A stretch of 63,476 nucleotides of DNA, filler included, from 3 parts of 3 records of this genome joined end to end with filler, not necessarily neighbours in it, one strand, 5' to 3'; positions 21,367 to 31,138 are shown, numbered from the whole stretch's first letter. The notes: generated by a model from the sequence alone, not told the origin. Numbers and translations: made by a program.

Positions 21367-22386
21367 TTATAGTATTTTAACAGAATGTAAAATTGATTCT
21401 AACTGACGGACATAGTAGGATTTATTTTGCTTTTGGGGCGCATAAACAAAGGCACCAACCATGACCAGTTCGTTAGTTTGTTCGTTTTTTATAAAATAAT
21501 CGACAAATGGTCCTCCCATAAAAAACCCATGTACTTTCCAAAGGCCTCTTAGCTCCATTATTTTTTGTTTGTTATGAATTAACTGATTAAACTGAACGGG
21601 CAGCTCTTGTTCTGTTTGCATATAAGTATTTTTTGAAGGTCCGGGTATAAATGTCTTCCCAATAGAATCTCGCAAAAACATTAAATCATTTGTATTTAAA
21701 GCTTTCAACTGACTTAAATCAAAGGTGTTTACATAAACACAAATGGTTGTTTCCATATTATCATATCTAAACCAGATAAAATCAAGCGTGTCCTTCACTA
21801 AGCGATATCCATCCGGTAAAATCAGGTCAATTTGATATCGGTCATTTATTAATTTTCTGGAAGTGGCATTCGCACCTTTTACATTAGCCAAATGCATATT
21901 TTTAATATCTCCATAATAGAAGTAATCATAGATACGATCCTTATGATCTTGAAACACTTTGTTAAAGTTTAATACACCAGGAGCACTAATATTCACCACT
22001 CTTTGGTAAGATGCCCAAACATCATTATTATATCTAACCTCACTTTTACCTGATAAATCTCTTTGAACCCGAATGATATTTCTGTAAGCTTTAAAATGAC
22101 CTTCAAATTCATCAGGGACAATAACCGTTAATCTAAAGGTGGATTCGTATTGAGGTAAACAAGGGAATGCCTGATTGGCAAATTCTCTGATTTCTTTTAA
22201 CCAACCTTCTTCTTGCTGATTAAGGTCTGCCACCACTAAAACCTCACCCGGAGCACCAATGGAACGTCCTTTTAAATTAGAATCAGAAGTTGTTTTACAA
22301 CTTAGTAAATAACAGGAAAACAAAAGGATGAATAAAAGAGATTTTAATATTTGATTGGATCGGAAAGAACTAACATAAGTTTTCAT
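21367..22386 (-). CDS. DUF4837 family lipoprotein
   Basis: Lipobox LLSC, G.PGEVLVV, LPQYE..F, RGLW....FMGGPFV, FVYAP. Confidence 0.85.
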   Translation of the reverse strand: MKTYVSSFRSNQILKSLLFILLFSCYLLSCKTTSDSNLKGRSIGAPGEVLVVADLNQQEEGWLKEIREFANQAFPCLPQYESTFRLTVIVPDEFEGHFKAYRNIIRVQRDLSGKSEVRYNNDVWASYQRVVNISAPGVLNFNKVFQDHKDRIYDYFYYGDIKNMHLANVKGANATSRKLINDRYQIDLILPDGYRLVKDTLDFIWFRYDNMETTICVYVNTFDLSQLKALNTNDLMFLRDSIGKTFIPGPSKNTYMQTEQELPVQFNQLIHNKQKIMELRGLWKVHGFFMGGPFVDYFIKNEQTNELVMVGAFVYAPQKQNKSYYVRQLESILHSVKIL

Positions 22387-22446
22387 AGGCTTAAATTTTA
22401 ATAATTTTGATCTAGCTTAATCGTATGATGAGAATAGGTATCAAGT

Positions 22447-22481
22447 AAAAAGCTGCCTCGAAAAGGGAAAAACGAGGCAGT
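22447..22481 (-). terminator. Intrinsic terminator downstream of tonB
   Basis: GCTGCCTCG-N12-CGAGGCAGT with an A5 tract on the plus strand. Confidence 0.7.
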
Positions 22482-22608
22482 ATATTCTAAACTTGTTTAT
22501 TGCATATTTCGGTATTATTAACTTTTAAAAATGTAACGTAGCGTGTTCGATAGAAACGTTTTTCTATACTTTGCTGTAGCTTCATTCTTTCACTATAGTG
22601 ATAACAAT

Positions 22609-23292
22609 TTATTGTAAAGCAAATTTGATAGGAACCTGATAAGAAACCGACACAGCTTGTGTACCTTGTCTTCCCGGTTTCCAGTCGGGCATTGAAGAAA
22701 CAACTCTTAATGCTTCTCTATCAATAGAAGAGTCAACACCTCTCAGAATTTTAACATTAACAACTTTGCCAACTTTGTTAATCACGAAGCTCAAATAAAC
22801 CGTACCTTGAATTCCATTTTCCGCAGCAACTACAGGATATCTGACAGCATTGGCTAAATAATTAATTAAAGCCGACTGTCCACCTGGAAATTGAGGCTTA
22901 TCCGAAATGGAATAAAATGGAATTGGATCTCCATCTTCATCTGGTTGTTCTACCTGAGTTAAATCAGTAACCAAATCTTCAAGTGATTCTGAAGAAAAAT
23001 CCAATTCATCACCTGGTAAATCTTCATATTCATCTTCAACAATTCTGAGTTGTTCCAAAACAATATGCTTGGGAGCTGCTTTGGGTGGTTCCGGATTTTT
23101 TAATCTAACAACAGGAGGTAGTTCTTCATCCATTGTAAGTACCTCATTGTATACAATTTCCTCTGGTCTGTCTCTAATGGTTTTCCACTCGAAAGCCACT
23201 AAAGAAGCGCCTAAAGCGACAATAAAACCAATTTGTAAAAACATACTACGTTTTCTCTCTAAGTCTGCTTTTTTAGTCTTTTTAACTTCCAT
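22609..23292 (-). CDS. tonB: Energy transducer TonB
   Basis: MEVKK..KADLE N-terminus with TM helix; PQFPGG, YP..A.ENGIQG.V, WKPG.Q. Confidence 0.92.
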   Translation of the reverse strand: MEVKKTKKADLERKRSMFLQIGFIVALGASLVAFEWKTIRDRPEEIVYNEVLTMDEELPPVVRLKNPEPPKAAPKHIVLEQLRIVEDEYEDLPGDELDFSSESLEDLVTDLTQVEQPDEDGDPIPFYSISDKPQFPGGQSALINYLANAVRYPVVAAENGIQGTVYLSFVINKVGKVVNVKILRGVDSSIDREALRVVSSMPDWKPGRQGTQAVSVSYQVPIKFALQ

Positions 23293-23545
23293 AATCGAGC
23301 TTTTTAAAAGGTTATGCTACTGAAATATTCAATAACACTTTTCTTTAGCCAAGCTCTGTACCAAAAAACTCAACCACCAAACAAATACAATCATTATTAT
23401 CTGAATATTAACCATATACCAACACATAACTCCTACATACCAAAAAATAAAAACCTGTGCAAAAACGCCCAAACGGGCGAAAACAAGCGCCCAATAAGGT
23501 AAAATCGCCCATTATTAAATGATATTTTCATAGTTTTGCATTTAA

Positions 23546-25300
23546 ATGAATTCCATGGAAAAACTCAGCATTCAGAAATCAATTGCTATCGTTAGTTCGT
23601 TCTTAAATGAACAAGCACGACCGTTAATTCAGGTTCCTTGTGTTGTATTCATATTCGACGAAGACAAAAAGGCAATTTTTGAAGCTGTTTATAATAAAAT
23701 GACCATTGAGAAGGCAACAATAAAAGAGCTGGAAGAAATAGACTTTGAAAGTGATGTAAATATTGAGATGAATTCATTGCTGGTGCAATCGAGGCATTTT
23801 TCCTATGAAACACTTAATGAATACACCTTGATCATAGCTTGCACAAAAAACAACGTTTCTACTTGCATATTACCAAGCTTGACCTATATTCTGGATGAAA
23901 TATTAACTGAACAAGAGCAAAAAAACGAAATTGATAAAAACTACGCTTTCACACAGGCCTTAATCAACTCTGTAAATGCCGGGATGATTGCCACAAATCC
24001 CAATGGCGAAATTCAATATGTAAACCATCACCTATGCCAGCAGTTAAAAATTCATGCCAACTTTTTAATCAACACTTCCATTAAAAACATTATTCCAAAT
24101 TGGAATTCTATTTATAAGATGGTAAGTGCCGGTAATATAGTCCGAAACGAAGAAACGCATGTAAACACCTCCGATTCTTCTGTAAAATTTAGCATAGATG
24201 TAAATGCCATTTACACTGCCGATTCCAACATCAATGGTTTTGTTATTATGGTAAGATCGGTAAAAAGAATCATTGAAAATAAAAACAAATCATATGGTTT
24301 GGTTGCCAGATACCAGTTTAAAGATATTATTGGCAAAAGCAAAACGATTCAACAAGTGATTGAATATGCACAAACCATTGCCAACAGTCCATCAACTATA
24401 TTAATAGATGGAGAGAGTGGAACCGGAAAAGAAGTTTTTGCACAAAGTATTCATAATGCCAGCAGCAGAAAAAACAATGCTTTTGTAGCCATAAACTGTG
24501 CAGCCATATCACAAAACCTAATAGAAAGCGAACTTTTTGGCTATGATGAAGGCGCCTTTACCGGAGCAAAAAAAGGTGGTCAACCGGGAAAATTTGAATT
24601 AGCCAATAACGGTACCTTGTTTTTAGATGAGATTGGAGATATGCAACTTGATATGCAGGTAAAATTATTACGAGCCATTCAGGAAGGTAGCGTAACCCGT
24701 GTTGGAGGAGACAAACTCATACCCGTTGACGTTAGAATAATTGCTGCTACGAATAAAAATTTATCCGAAGAAGTAGAAAAAGGGAACTTCAGAATGGATT
24801 TATATTATAGAATTAGCGTTATTCCATTGCATATTCCCGCACTGAGAGAACGCAAAGGTGACCTCCCCTCTTTAATACGTTATTTTTTAAATCAAAAAAG
24901 CCTGAAGCTCCAAAAAGACATCCCACAAATGGGATATTCGGACTTGCAACAATTGCTGGACTACGATTGGCCTGGAAACGTTAGAGAATTAGAGAACTTT
25001 ATCGAACAACTCGTTAATTTTAATGGTAAGATTTCTCTCGACAGCTTTAAAAAACTTAAACAGGAAGAACAACTAATTCCAGAAGTATTTCCTACCCTAA
25101 GCTATCCTGTAAAAAGTAGTCCTCTCCCTGGAACGCCTTTAAAAGAGATCGAAAAGCAGCATATTATCAACACTCTTAAAAGCAACAACGGTAATATATC
25201 ATTAAGCGCTAAACAATTACAAATTGGTAGAAATACATTATATCTTAAAATTAAAAAATACAATATTACTTCCTATATCAACGATCTACCTATGTCCTAA
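23546..25300 (+). CDS. Sigma54-dependent activator (PAS - AAA+ - Fis HTH)
   Basis: GESGTGKE, ESELFG..EGAFTGA, LFLDEIG, WPGNVREL, C-terminal HTH (AKQLQIGRNTLY). Confidence 0.94.
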   Translation: MNSMEKLSIQKSIAIVSSFLNEQARPLIQVPCVVFIFDEDKKAIFEAVYNKMTIEKATIKELEEIDFESDVNIEMNSLLVQSRHFSYETLNEYTLIIACTKNNVSTCILPSLTYILDEILTEQEQKNEIDKNYAFTQALINSVNAGMIATNPNGEIQYVNHHLCQQLKIHANFLINTSIKNIIPNWNSIYKMVSAGNIVRNEETHVNTSDSSVKFSIDVNAIYTADSNINGFVIMVRSVKRIIENKNKSYGLVARYQFKDIIGKSKTIQQVIEYAQTIANSPSTILIDGESGTGKEVFAQSIHNASSRKNNAFVAINCAAISQNLIESELFGYDEGAFTGAKKGGQPGKFELANNGTLFLDEIGDMQLDMQVKLLRAIQEGSVTRVGGDKLIPVDVRIIAATNKNLSEEVEKGNFRMDLYYRISVIPLHIPALRERKGDLPSLIRYFLNQKSLKLQKDIPQMGYSDLQQLLDYDWPGNVRELENFIEQLVNFNGKISLDSFKKLKQEEQLIPEVFPTLSYPVKSSPLPGTPLKEIEKQHIINTLKSNNGNISLSAKQLQIGRNTLYLKIKKYNITSYINDLPMS

Positions 25301-25360
25301 TTTAGAACATTGTTCTATTTTAATACATATTACAAATGCAAAACGTCCTAATATAGGACA
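25293..25360. promoter_or_regulatory. Three putative enhancer (UAS) sites of the form TGT-N11-ACA
   Basis: TGTCCTAATTTAGAACA (25293), TGTTCTATTTTAATACA (25311), CGTCCTAATATAGGACA (25344). Confidence 0.65.
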
Positions 25361-25426
25361 CCTTCATTCTTACATTCATTTACACATCTTTCCATAACAA
25401 TATGAATATATACAACTTACCAACTT

Positions 25427-25442
25427 TGGCACATTTATAGGA
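25427..25442 (+). promoter_or_regulatory. Putative sigma54 (-24/-12) promoter of the hydrogenase operon
   Basis: TGGCAC-ATTTA-TAGGA: exact -24 box, degenerate -12 box. Confidence 0.55.
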
Positions 25443-25467
25443 AAGTAATAGCGAAAGGAAACGAGTT

Positions 25468-25719
25468 ATGGAGAAGGATAAAAAACACAAAATCAGAATT
25501 TGTTTGGGAAGCTCATGCTATACCAGGGGAAATGCAGAAAATCTGAAAATTATTCAGACTTATGTAGAAGGGAAGAACTTAAATGTTTCCATCGACTTTA
25601 GAGGGCATTTGTGCAACGAAAATTGCAACAGAGGTCCGGTGTTAACCATAGATGAAGTAACCTACGAAGAAGTGCAGGCTTTTCAGGTTGAAAAAATACT
25701 ACAAGACACACTAGGTTAG
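25468..25719 (+). CDS. hfsA: Thioredoxin-like [2Fe-2S] ferredoxin (HfsA/NuoE-like)
   Basis: ICLGSSC...GHLCNENCNRGP. Confidence 0.85.
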   Translation: MEKDKKHKIRICLGSSCYTRGNAENLKIIQTYVEGKNLNVSIDFRGHLCNENCNRGPVLTIDEVTYEEVQAFQVEKILQDTLG

Positions 25720-25720
25720 C

Positions 25721-27418
25721 ATGATGAATACAAAACCTATTTACACCATAGAAAACGATTGTAAAGATTGTTATAAATGTATTCGTAATTGCCCGTCAAA
25801 GGCCATTAAAGTTACAGAACAAAAAGCTTCTATACTTGATGAACGATGCATTTATTGTGGTCTTTGTGTATCCATCTGCCCGGCCGGTGCTAAACAGGTT
25901 AGAGAGGGTGTTTCGCGCGTAAAGCAACTACTCAATGATAACAAACCTACAGTTATTTCATTAGCGCCTTCGTACAGAACTGAATTTAATAATATATCAG
26001 AAGAAAAACTTTTAAAAGGTTTAGCCGCCTTGGGTTTTAACTATATTTCGGAAACTGCCTTGGGTGCTCAGGTTGTAACAGAGCATACCGAGCAGTTTTT
26101 GAAAGCTCGAGACAAAGGAGTGTTTTTGTCTTCAGCATGCCCCGGAGTGGTTGAATTGATCAAAAAATATTACCCGGAACTACTATTGAATATCACACCA
26201 TTTTTATCGCCCATGCTTACACATGCTAAAATGCTTAAGCAAGATTTGGGTAAAGATATTAATGTGGTGTTTATTGGCCCTTGTATTGCAAAAAAAGCAG
26301 AAGCAGACAATTATCCGAATTTAATAGACACGGCTTTATCTTTTAACGAATTAAAGCAATGGATGGAAGAAGAAGAGGTATTTGAAAAAGATGACAGCTC
26401 TGAGCCTCTTAACTTTTTCCCTCATAAGGCCGGCAATGGTAGCTTATATCCTGTTGATGGAGGAATGATTAAAACCTTCAATGAAAAAAATAACAATCTT
26501 TTATCTCTTTCTTTTTCGGGGATTGATGATGTAAAAAAAGTACTAGATAATCTGAATAACATTCAACACGACGGTCCTGTATTCTTAGAATTACTAATAT
26601 GTCAGGGAGGTTGTGTAAACGGCCCTGGTTGTGGATCTGAAACCAATCCTGTTCAGCAAAAAATTGACATTTTATTCAATCAACAACTCAATAGTGCGAA
26701 ACACGCAGAGCCAGTTCATATTAATATTGAATGCGACTATTTTGGAAGAAAAGCAATTGCTCCCCAGCAGTTTTCTCAGAAAGAGATTGAAGATACGCTA
26801 TATAGTATTGGAAAAACAGATGCGAGTGAAGAGTTAAACTGTAGCAGCTGTGGTTATAACACATGCAGAGAGTTTGCTCAGGCTATTCTGGGAGGTATGG
26901 CCGAAACCAATATGTGTGTTTCGCATTTGCGAAAAATAGCCCATAATCAAGCCACTTTACTTTTAAAGAAAATTCCATCCGGTGTAATGGTGGTAAACCA
27001 CGATTGTAAAATTATGGAGATGAACCACAGTTGTGCGCGTATGCTTGGTGAGGATATTGAAAATAAATTCAATACCGAAAATGGCTTAAAAGGCATCAGC
27101 ATTGATGAACTGGGCTACTTTACCGAACACTTTAAAACAGCGATTAATACAGGTAAAGAATATAATCAGATTGCCATAAATCAAAATGGAACCAACTTTC
27201 AGTTATCCATTTTTAATATTCAAAAACACAAGCTAATAACAGGTATTATTCAAAACTTAAATAATAAAGAATTTAAAGCAGAAATTATAGAAAGCAGAAC
27301 ACGTGAGGTAATTAAGAAGAACATGGAAACGGTTCAAAAAATAGCCGCGCTCTTAGGCGAAAATGCTTCGCATACCGATTCTTTGTTAAACTCTATTTTA
27401 AATGACCATTCTATTTAA
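25721..27418 (+). CDS. hfsB: Sensory-type [FeFe]-hydrogenase with ferredoxin, FeS and PAS domains (HfsB/HydS, group C)
   Basis: 2x[4Fe-4S] (CKDCYKC, CIYCGLC); H-cluster motifs SSACPG, GPCIAKKAE, ELLICQGGCVNGPG; LNCSSCGY..C; C-terminal PAS and QKIA.LLGE. Confidence 0.9.
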   Translation: MMNTKPIYTIENDCKDCYKCIRNCPSKAIKVTEQKASILDERCIYCGLCVSICPAGAKQVREGVSRVKQLLNDNKPTVISLAPSYRTEFNNISEEKLLKGLAALGFNYISETALGAQVVTEHTEQFLKARDKGVFLSSACPGVVELIKKYYPELLLNITPFLSPMLTHAKMLKQDLGKDINVVFIGPCIAKKAEADNYPNLIDTALSFNELKQWMEEEEVFEKDDSSEPLNFFPHKAGNGSLYPVDGGMIKTFNEKNNNLLSLSFSGIDDVKKVLDNLNNIQHDGPVFLELLICQGGCVNGPGCGSETNPVQQKIDILFNQQLNSAKHAEPVHINIECDYFGRKAIAPQQFSQKEIEDTLYSIGKTDASEELNCSSCGYNTCREFAQAILGGMAETNMCVSHLRKIAHNQATLLLKKIPSGVMVVNHDCKIMEMNHSCARMLGEDIENKFNTENGLKGISIDELGYFTEHFKTAINTGKEYNQIAINQNGTNFQLSIFNIQKHKLITGIIQNLNNKEFKAEIIESRTREVIKKNMETVQKIAALLGENASHTDSLLNSILNDHSI

Positions 27419-27433
27419 GTTGTAAAGTCCTGT

Positions 27434-28615
27434 ATGCATAGTCCTTTTGTTATAGAAGCTGAAAATATAAGCAAGGCGAAGGCTGGTCAATCAACCTGTG
27501 GCGATGCGGTGCTCTTTAAAAAAATTAAAGAAGAAAACCGCCTGGTTGCTGTTGTGTCTGATGGATTAGGAAGCGGCGTGCAAGCGAACATTTCAGCTAC
27601 CATGACCAGCACAATGGCTTTACAATTTACCATGGCTGGCGAACCGGTAGAAAGGACTGCTGAGTTTATTACCAACACGCTGCCTCAAGATACTAAGCGC
27701 AAAGTAAGTTATTCTACGTTTACCATTTTGGATATCAATTACCAGGGTGATGTAAAAGCGGTTGAATACGACAATCCATCTATTTTGCTATTGAGAAATG
27801 GCGAATTTATTCCTTTAGAAAAAACGGAAAAAACGCTCAACATTCAATCGCAACGAAATAAGGTATTTCAATATCATTTTAAACTGCAAAAAGAGGATAG
27901 AATAATATTGGTAACCGATGGCGTTACCCAATGCGGCATGGGAAGCGATCAAATGCACTTTGGATGGCAACTCAATGGACTTAAGGATTACATTAAAGAT
28001 ACAATTAGTCATAAACCCGAAATATCGGCACGCGATTTAGCAGGAGGTATCATAGCCCAAACAGTTTTATTAGACAACAATTCACTGAAAGATGATGCCT
28101 CCTGTTGCGTGCTTTATTACAGGAAACCTCGTAAACTTTTAATCGTTACCGGCCCACCATTTCATAAAGAAAATGACAACATCTTAGCACGATCGGTAAA
28201 AGATTTTAGTGGTAAAAAAATTATTTGCGGAGGAACCACTTCTAAAATAGTTGCTAAAGAGTTAAATACAGATGTGGAAATTGATTTAGAAGATTATCAG
28301 CCGGGACTGCCTCCTAAAGCTAAAATGAAAGGTGTAGATCTGGTTACCGAAGGAATTATAACCTTGGCTAAAGTTTCGGAAGAACTTGAACAAATCGCAT
28401 CTATTGAACAGGCAAGTGGTTCTATTTCGGGCGATATTATTCGCATGATGCTCGAAAGCGACGAGATAGAATTTATATCCGGAACCCGGGTTAATAATGC
28501 CCATCAGGATCCAAACCTGCCTGTTGAGCTGGAGATTAGGCGTAATGTCATCAAACGCATTACCCAACATCTCGAAAATAAATTTTTAAAGAAAACGATT
28601 ACAACCTATTTATAA
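27434..28615 (+). CDS. hfsC: SpoIIE/PP2C-type Ser/Thr phosphatase (HfsC)
   Basis: CGD, SDGLGSG, TDGV, DDASC; C-terminal TGPP/CGGTT/VTEGI domain. Confidence 0.9.
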   Translation: MHSPFVIEAENISKAKAGQSTCGDAVLFKKIKEENRLVAVVSDGLGSGVQANISATMTSTMALQFTMAGEPVERTAEFITNTLPQDTKRKVSYSTFTILDINYQGDVKAVEYDNPSILLLRNGEFIPLEKTEKTLNIQSQRNKVFQYHFKLQKEDRIILVTDGVTQCGMGSDQMHFGWQLNGLKDYIKDTISHKPEISARDLAGGIIAQTVLLDNNSLKDDASCCVLYYRKPRKLLIVTGPPFHKENDNILARSVKDFSGKKIICGGTTSKIVAKELNTDVEIDLEDYQPGLPPKAKMKGVDLVTEGIITLAKVSEELEQIASIEQASGSISGDIIRMMLESDEIEFISGTRVNNAHQDPNLPVELEIRRNVIKRITQHLENKFLKKTITTYL

Positions 28616-28878
28616 TGAAGAGAAGAGAAATTGAAGTTGAAATATGCTGCGGAACGAATTGTTATATCATGGGAGGATCTCATCTTCATTTGTTAAAAGC
28701 ACATTTACCCGAACATTTAGCCTCGTTGGTTAAGCTCAAAGGAAAAAACTGTTCCGGTAATTGCAATGATTTTACCGTCACTCAAAAGCCTCCTTTGGCT
28801 TGGGTAAATGGAGAAATAATAGAGAATGCCAGCATAGTTAAAATTGAAGAAAAGCTACGCTTACTGACTTGCGAATAA
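28615..28878 (+). CDS. Second thioredoxin-like [2Fe-2S] ferredoxin
   Basis: ICCGTNCYIMGG...CSGNC...PP.A.VNGE. Confidence 0.8.
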   Translation: MKRREIEVEICCGTNCYIMGGSHLHLLKAHLPEHLASLVKLKGKNCSGNCNDFTVTQKPPLAWVNGEIIENASIVKIEEKLRLLTCE

Positions 28879-28932
28879 GCAAGACAATACAGATAAGAAA
28901 AAAAGTAAAAAATAAATAACAGAACAACTAGA

Positions 28933-30378
28933 ATGACCTATTTTAACAACGCAATTCAAACAAAAAGGGATTTATTAACACGACTGATTAAATTATTGAA
29001 GGAGGATGAACTGTTTGATAAAATAGACCGGATTCCTTTAGAAATGAGGCCTAAATCTAAAACACCCATTCGCTGTTGCGTGCATAAAGATAGAGCCGTA
29101 ATTAAATATAAATCCATGGCTATCATGGGTTTTTGTGTAGATGACGAAGAAGATGAACTAACGCCACTAAAGGATTATGCCAAAGTTGCTTTATCGAAGA
29201 AAGAGTTTGCCAAAGAGCATTTAACGGTTATTGATGAAGCTTGTAGTTCTTGCGTTCAGGTAAATTATACGGTAAGTAACCTTTGCCAGGGATGTGAGGC
29301 CAGAGCCTGTCAGGTAAACTGCCCTAAAGACGCCATTAGAGTGGTGAATGGCAAAGCCATTATCGATAACCAAAAATGTGTAAACTGTGGATTGTGTCAG
29401 AAAGCTTGTCCATTCCATGCCATTGCTTACCTACCAGTTCCATGCGAAGAGGCGTGTCCTGTAAAAGCGATTAAAAAGAATGAAGATGGTATTGAGGTTA
29501 TTGACAAAGACAAATGTATTTATTGTGGTAAATGCATGACAGCATGCCCTTTTGGCGCTATCATGGAAAAATCGCAGGCATTACAATTAACCCAATCGCT
29601 AAAAGACAAAGAAGAAGTGGTGGCTATGGTAGCTCCTGCTATTTTAGGTCAGTTTAAGGCTAGCCCTGAACAAATTCTTGGCGCATTAAAAGCTCTTGGA
29701 TTTACGCATGTAATCGAAGTAGCTGAAGGTGCTGACATTACTGCTAAAAACGAAACTGAAGAATGGATTGATAACATTCACCAAGAGGCTCCTTTTATGA
29801 CCTCCTCTTGCTGTCCCACACATACTTTATTAAGCGAAAAGCATATTCAAAATATAAAGCCCTTTGTTTCGCATACTAAATCACCTATGATTTACACTGC
29901 TGAACTGGCCAAAAAAAAATTCCCTAATGCTAAACTGGTTTTTATAGGACCTTGTCTGGCCAAAAGGCACGAAGCAGAAACCTCCGGCCTAATCGACTAT
30001 GTACTTACTTTTGAGGAACTAAGCTGTTTCTTTCAGGCATATCAAATTGAATTTGACAAAATTGATGATATCATTTTAGATAAACATATTTCGGCTGCTG
30101 CCAGAGGATTTGCCTTAAGTGGCGGTGTGGCTGAAGCTATAAAACAGAGTATTCCGAACGGATACGCATTTAAAGAGTTTTTAGTGGATGGCTTACATAA
30201 AAAGAACATCAAATTACTAAAAGCATTTACAGCCAAACATCCGGACTATAATTTTATTGAAGTTATGGGGTGTGAAGGCGGCTGTATGAATGGCCCAGGA
30301 AGTATAACGGCATTTAAGACAGGCCAGGCTTTACTTAAAAAAGCCATCAAGGAACAAGAAACAATAAAAACACCATAA
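28933..30378 (+). CDS. hydA: Monomeric [FeFe]-hydrogenase (group B, HfsD-like)
   Basis: RCCVHK.R N-terminus, several [4Fe-4S] motifs, H-cluster motifs TSSCCP, GPCLAKRHE, EVMGCEGGCMNGPG. Confidence 0.9.
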   Translation: MTYFNNAIQTKRDLLTRLIKLLKEDELFDKIDRIPLEMRPKSKTPIRCCVHKDRAVIKYKSMAIMGFCVDDEEDELTPLKDYAKVALSKKEFAKEHLTVIDEACSSCVQVNYTVSNLCQGCEARACQVNCPKDAIRVVNGKAIIDNQKCVNCGLCQKACPFHAIAYLPVPCEEACPVKAIKKNEDGIEVIDKDKCIYCGKCMTACPFGAIMEKSQALQLTQSLKDKEEVVAMVAPAILGQFKASPEQILGALKALGFTHVIEVAEGADITAKNETEEWIDNIHQEAPFMTSSCCPTHTLLSEKHIQNIKPFVSHTKSPMIYTAELAKKKFPNAKLVFIGPCLAKRHEAETSGLIDYVLTFEELSCFFQAYQIEFDKIDDIILDKHISAAARGFALSGGVAEAIKQSIPNGYAFKEFLVDGLHKKNIKLLKAFTAKHPDYNFIEVMGCEGGCMNGPGSITAFKTGQALLKKAIKEQETIKTP

Positions 30379-30460
30379 GTTTTGTTTTTTTTCTGGGTAA
30401 AAAACAAACATTCTAGTTGAATAATTGTCTACTCAATTATTATAGTTTGTAAATCGTTGG

Positions 30461-30498
30461 AACAGGTCATAGAAACGTCTATGACCTGTTTTTATTTT
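30461..30498 (+). terminator. Intrinsic terminator of the hydrogenase operon
   Basis: AACAGGTCATAG...CTATGACCTGTT followed by a T-rich tract. Confidence 0.85.
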
Positions 30499-30510
30499 AT
30501 TTAGATTCTT

Positions 30511-30544
30511 AACCTTTTCAAAAGTTTAAAACTTTGGAAAAGTT
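30511..30544. repeat. REP-like palindrome, 3' flank of the RAYT
   Basis: AACCTTTTCAAAAGTT-TAA-AACTTTGGAAAAGTT, near-identical to the copy at 31168. Confidence 0.75.
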
Positions 30545-30598
30545 AAAGTAGCTTGTAAAACAAATAAGCTAATGAGGAAAAGATCAAATTTAGAAGGT

Positions 30599-31138
30599 CT
30601 ATATTTCCAATGGAATCTGGTGATTATGCAGAAAATTGTCTATTCCATCGAACCACTCCAAAACATCCTGATAACAAACCAGCGTATTTGATTGCTGACA
30701 AATGGCTTTAAACGAACTAAATTTCCAATCAACGGGTTTTTCTACAAAACCATGAACAACCGGATTAAAATGAATATAGTTAACCAGCTTTAGTAAATAC
30801 TGGTTGTCTTCAACAGGTTTGCGTTTAAAATTTTTTATAAACAAACTTCCTCTTCTGTTGTACACCTTATTATACGATTGGGTGTAAGAACTAAAAAAGT
30901 TAGAAAACTTTTTAGAAAAGTGATTTTCTGATGTTATGTTGTTTGGTTCCTTCATCTGCACCATCAAATGAATATGATTAGGCAATAAACAATAACAGTA
31001 TGTATCTGCAATTGGAACTATGTGTTTGATGTATTTCTGTAAAAAGAAATGGTAGTTTTTATCCTCCCTAAACAAATTTTCATTGCCATTGGCATGGTTA
31101 TAAATATGATATATTTTATTGGGCTTTAGAGGTTCCAT
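30599..31138 (-). mobile_element. REP-associated tyrosine transposase (RAYT, Y1 HUH family)
   Basis: YHIYNH.N...LF, YCLLPNHIHL (HUH), RRGSLF, YIHFNPV.HG, WKFSSF. Confidence 0.88.

Noticed and set aside
23069-23502. Short plus-strand ORFs (84 aa and 62 aa) near tonB
   Set aside because: One is the antisense shadow of tonB; the other spans the divergent promoter region and has low-complexity N/H/K composition.
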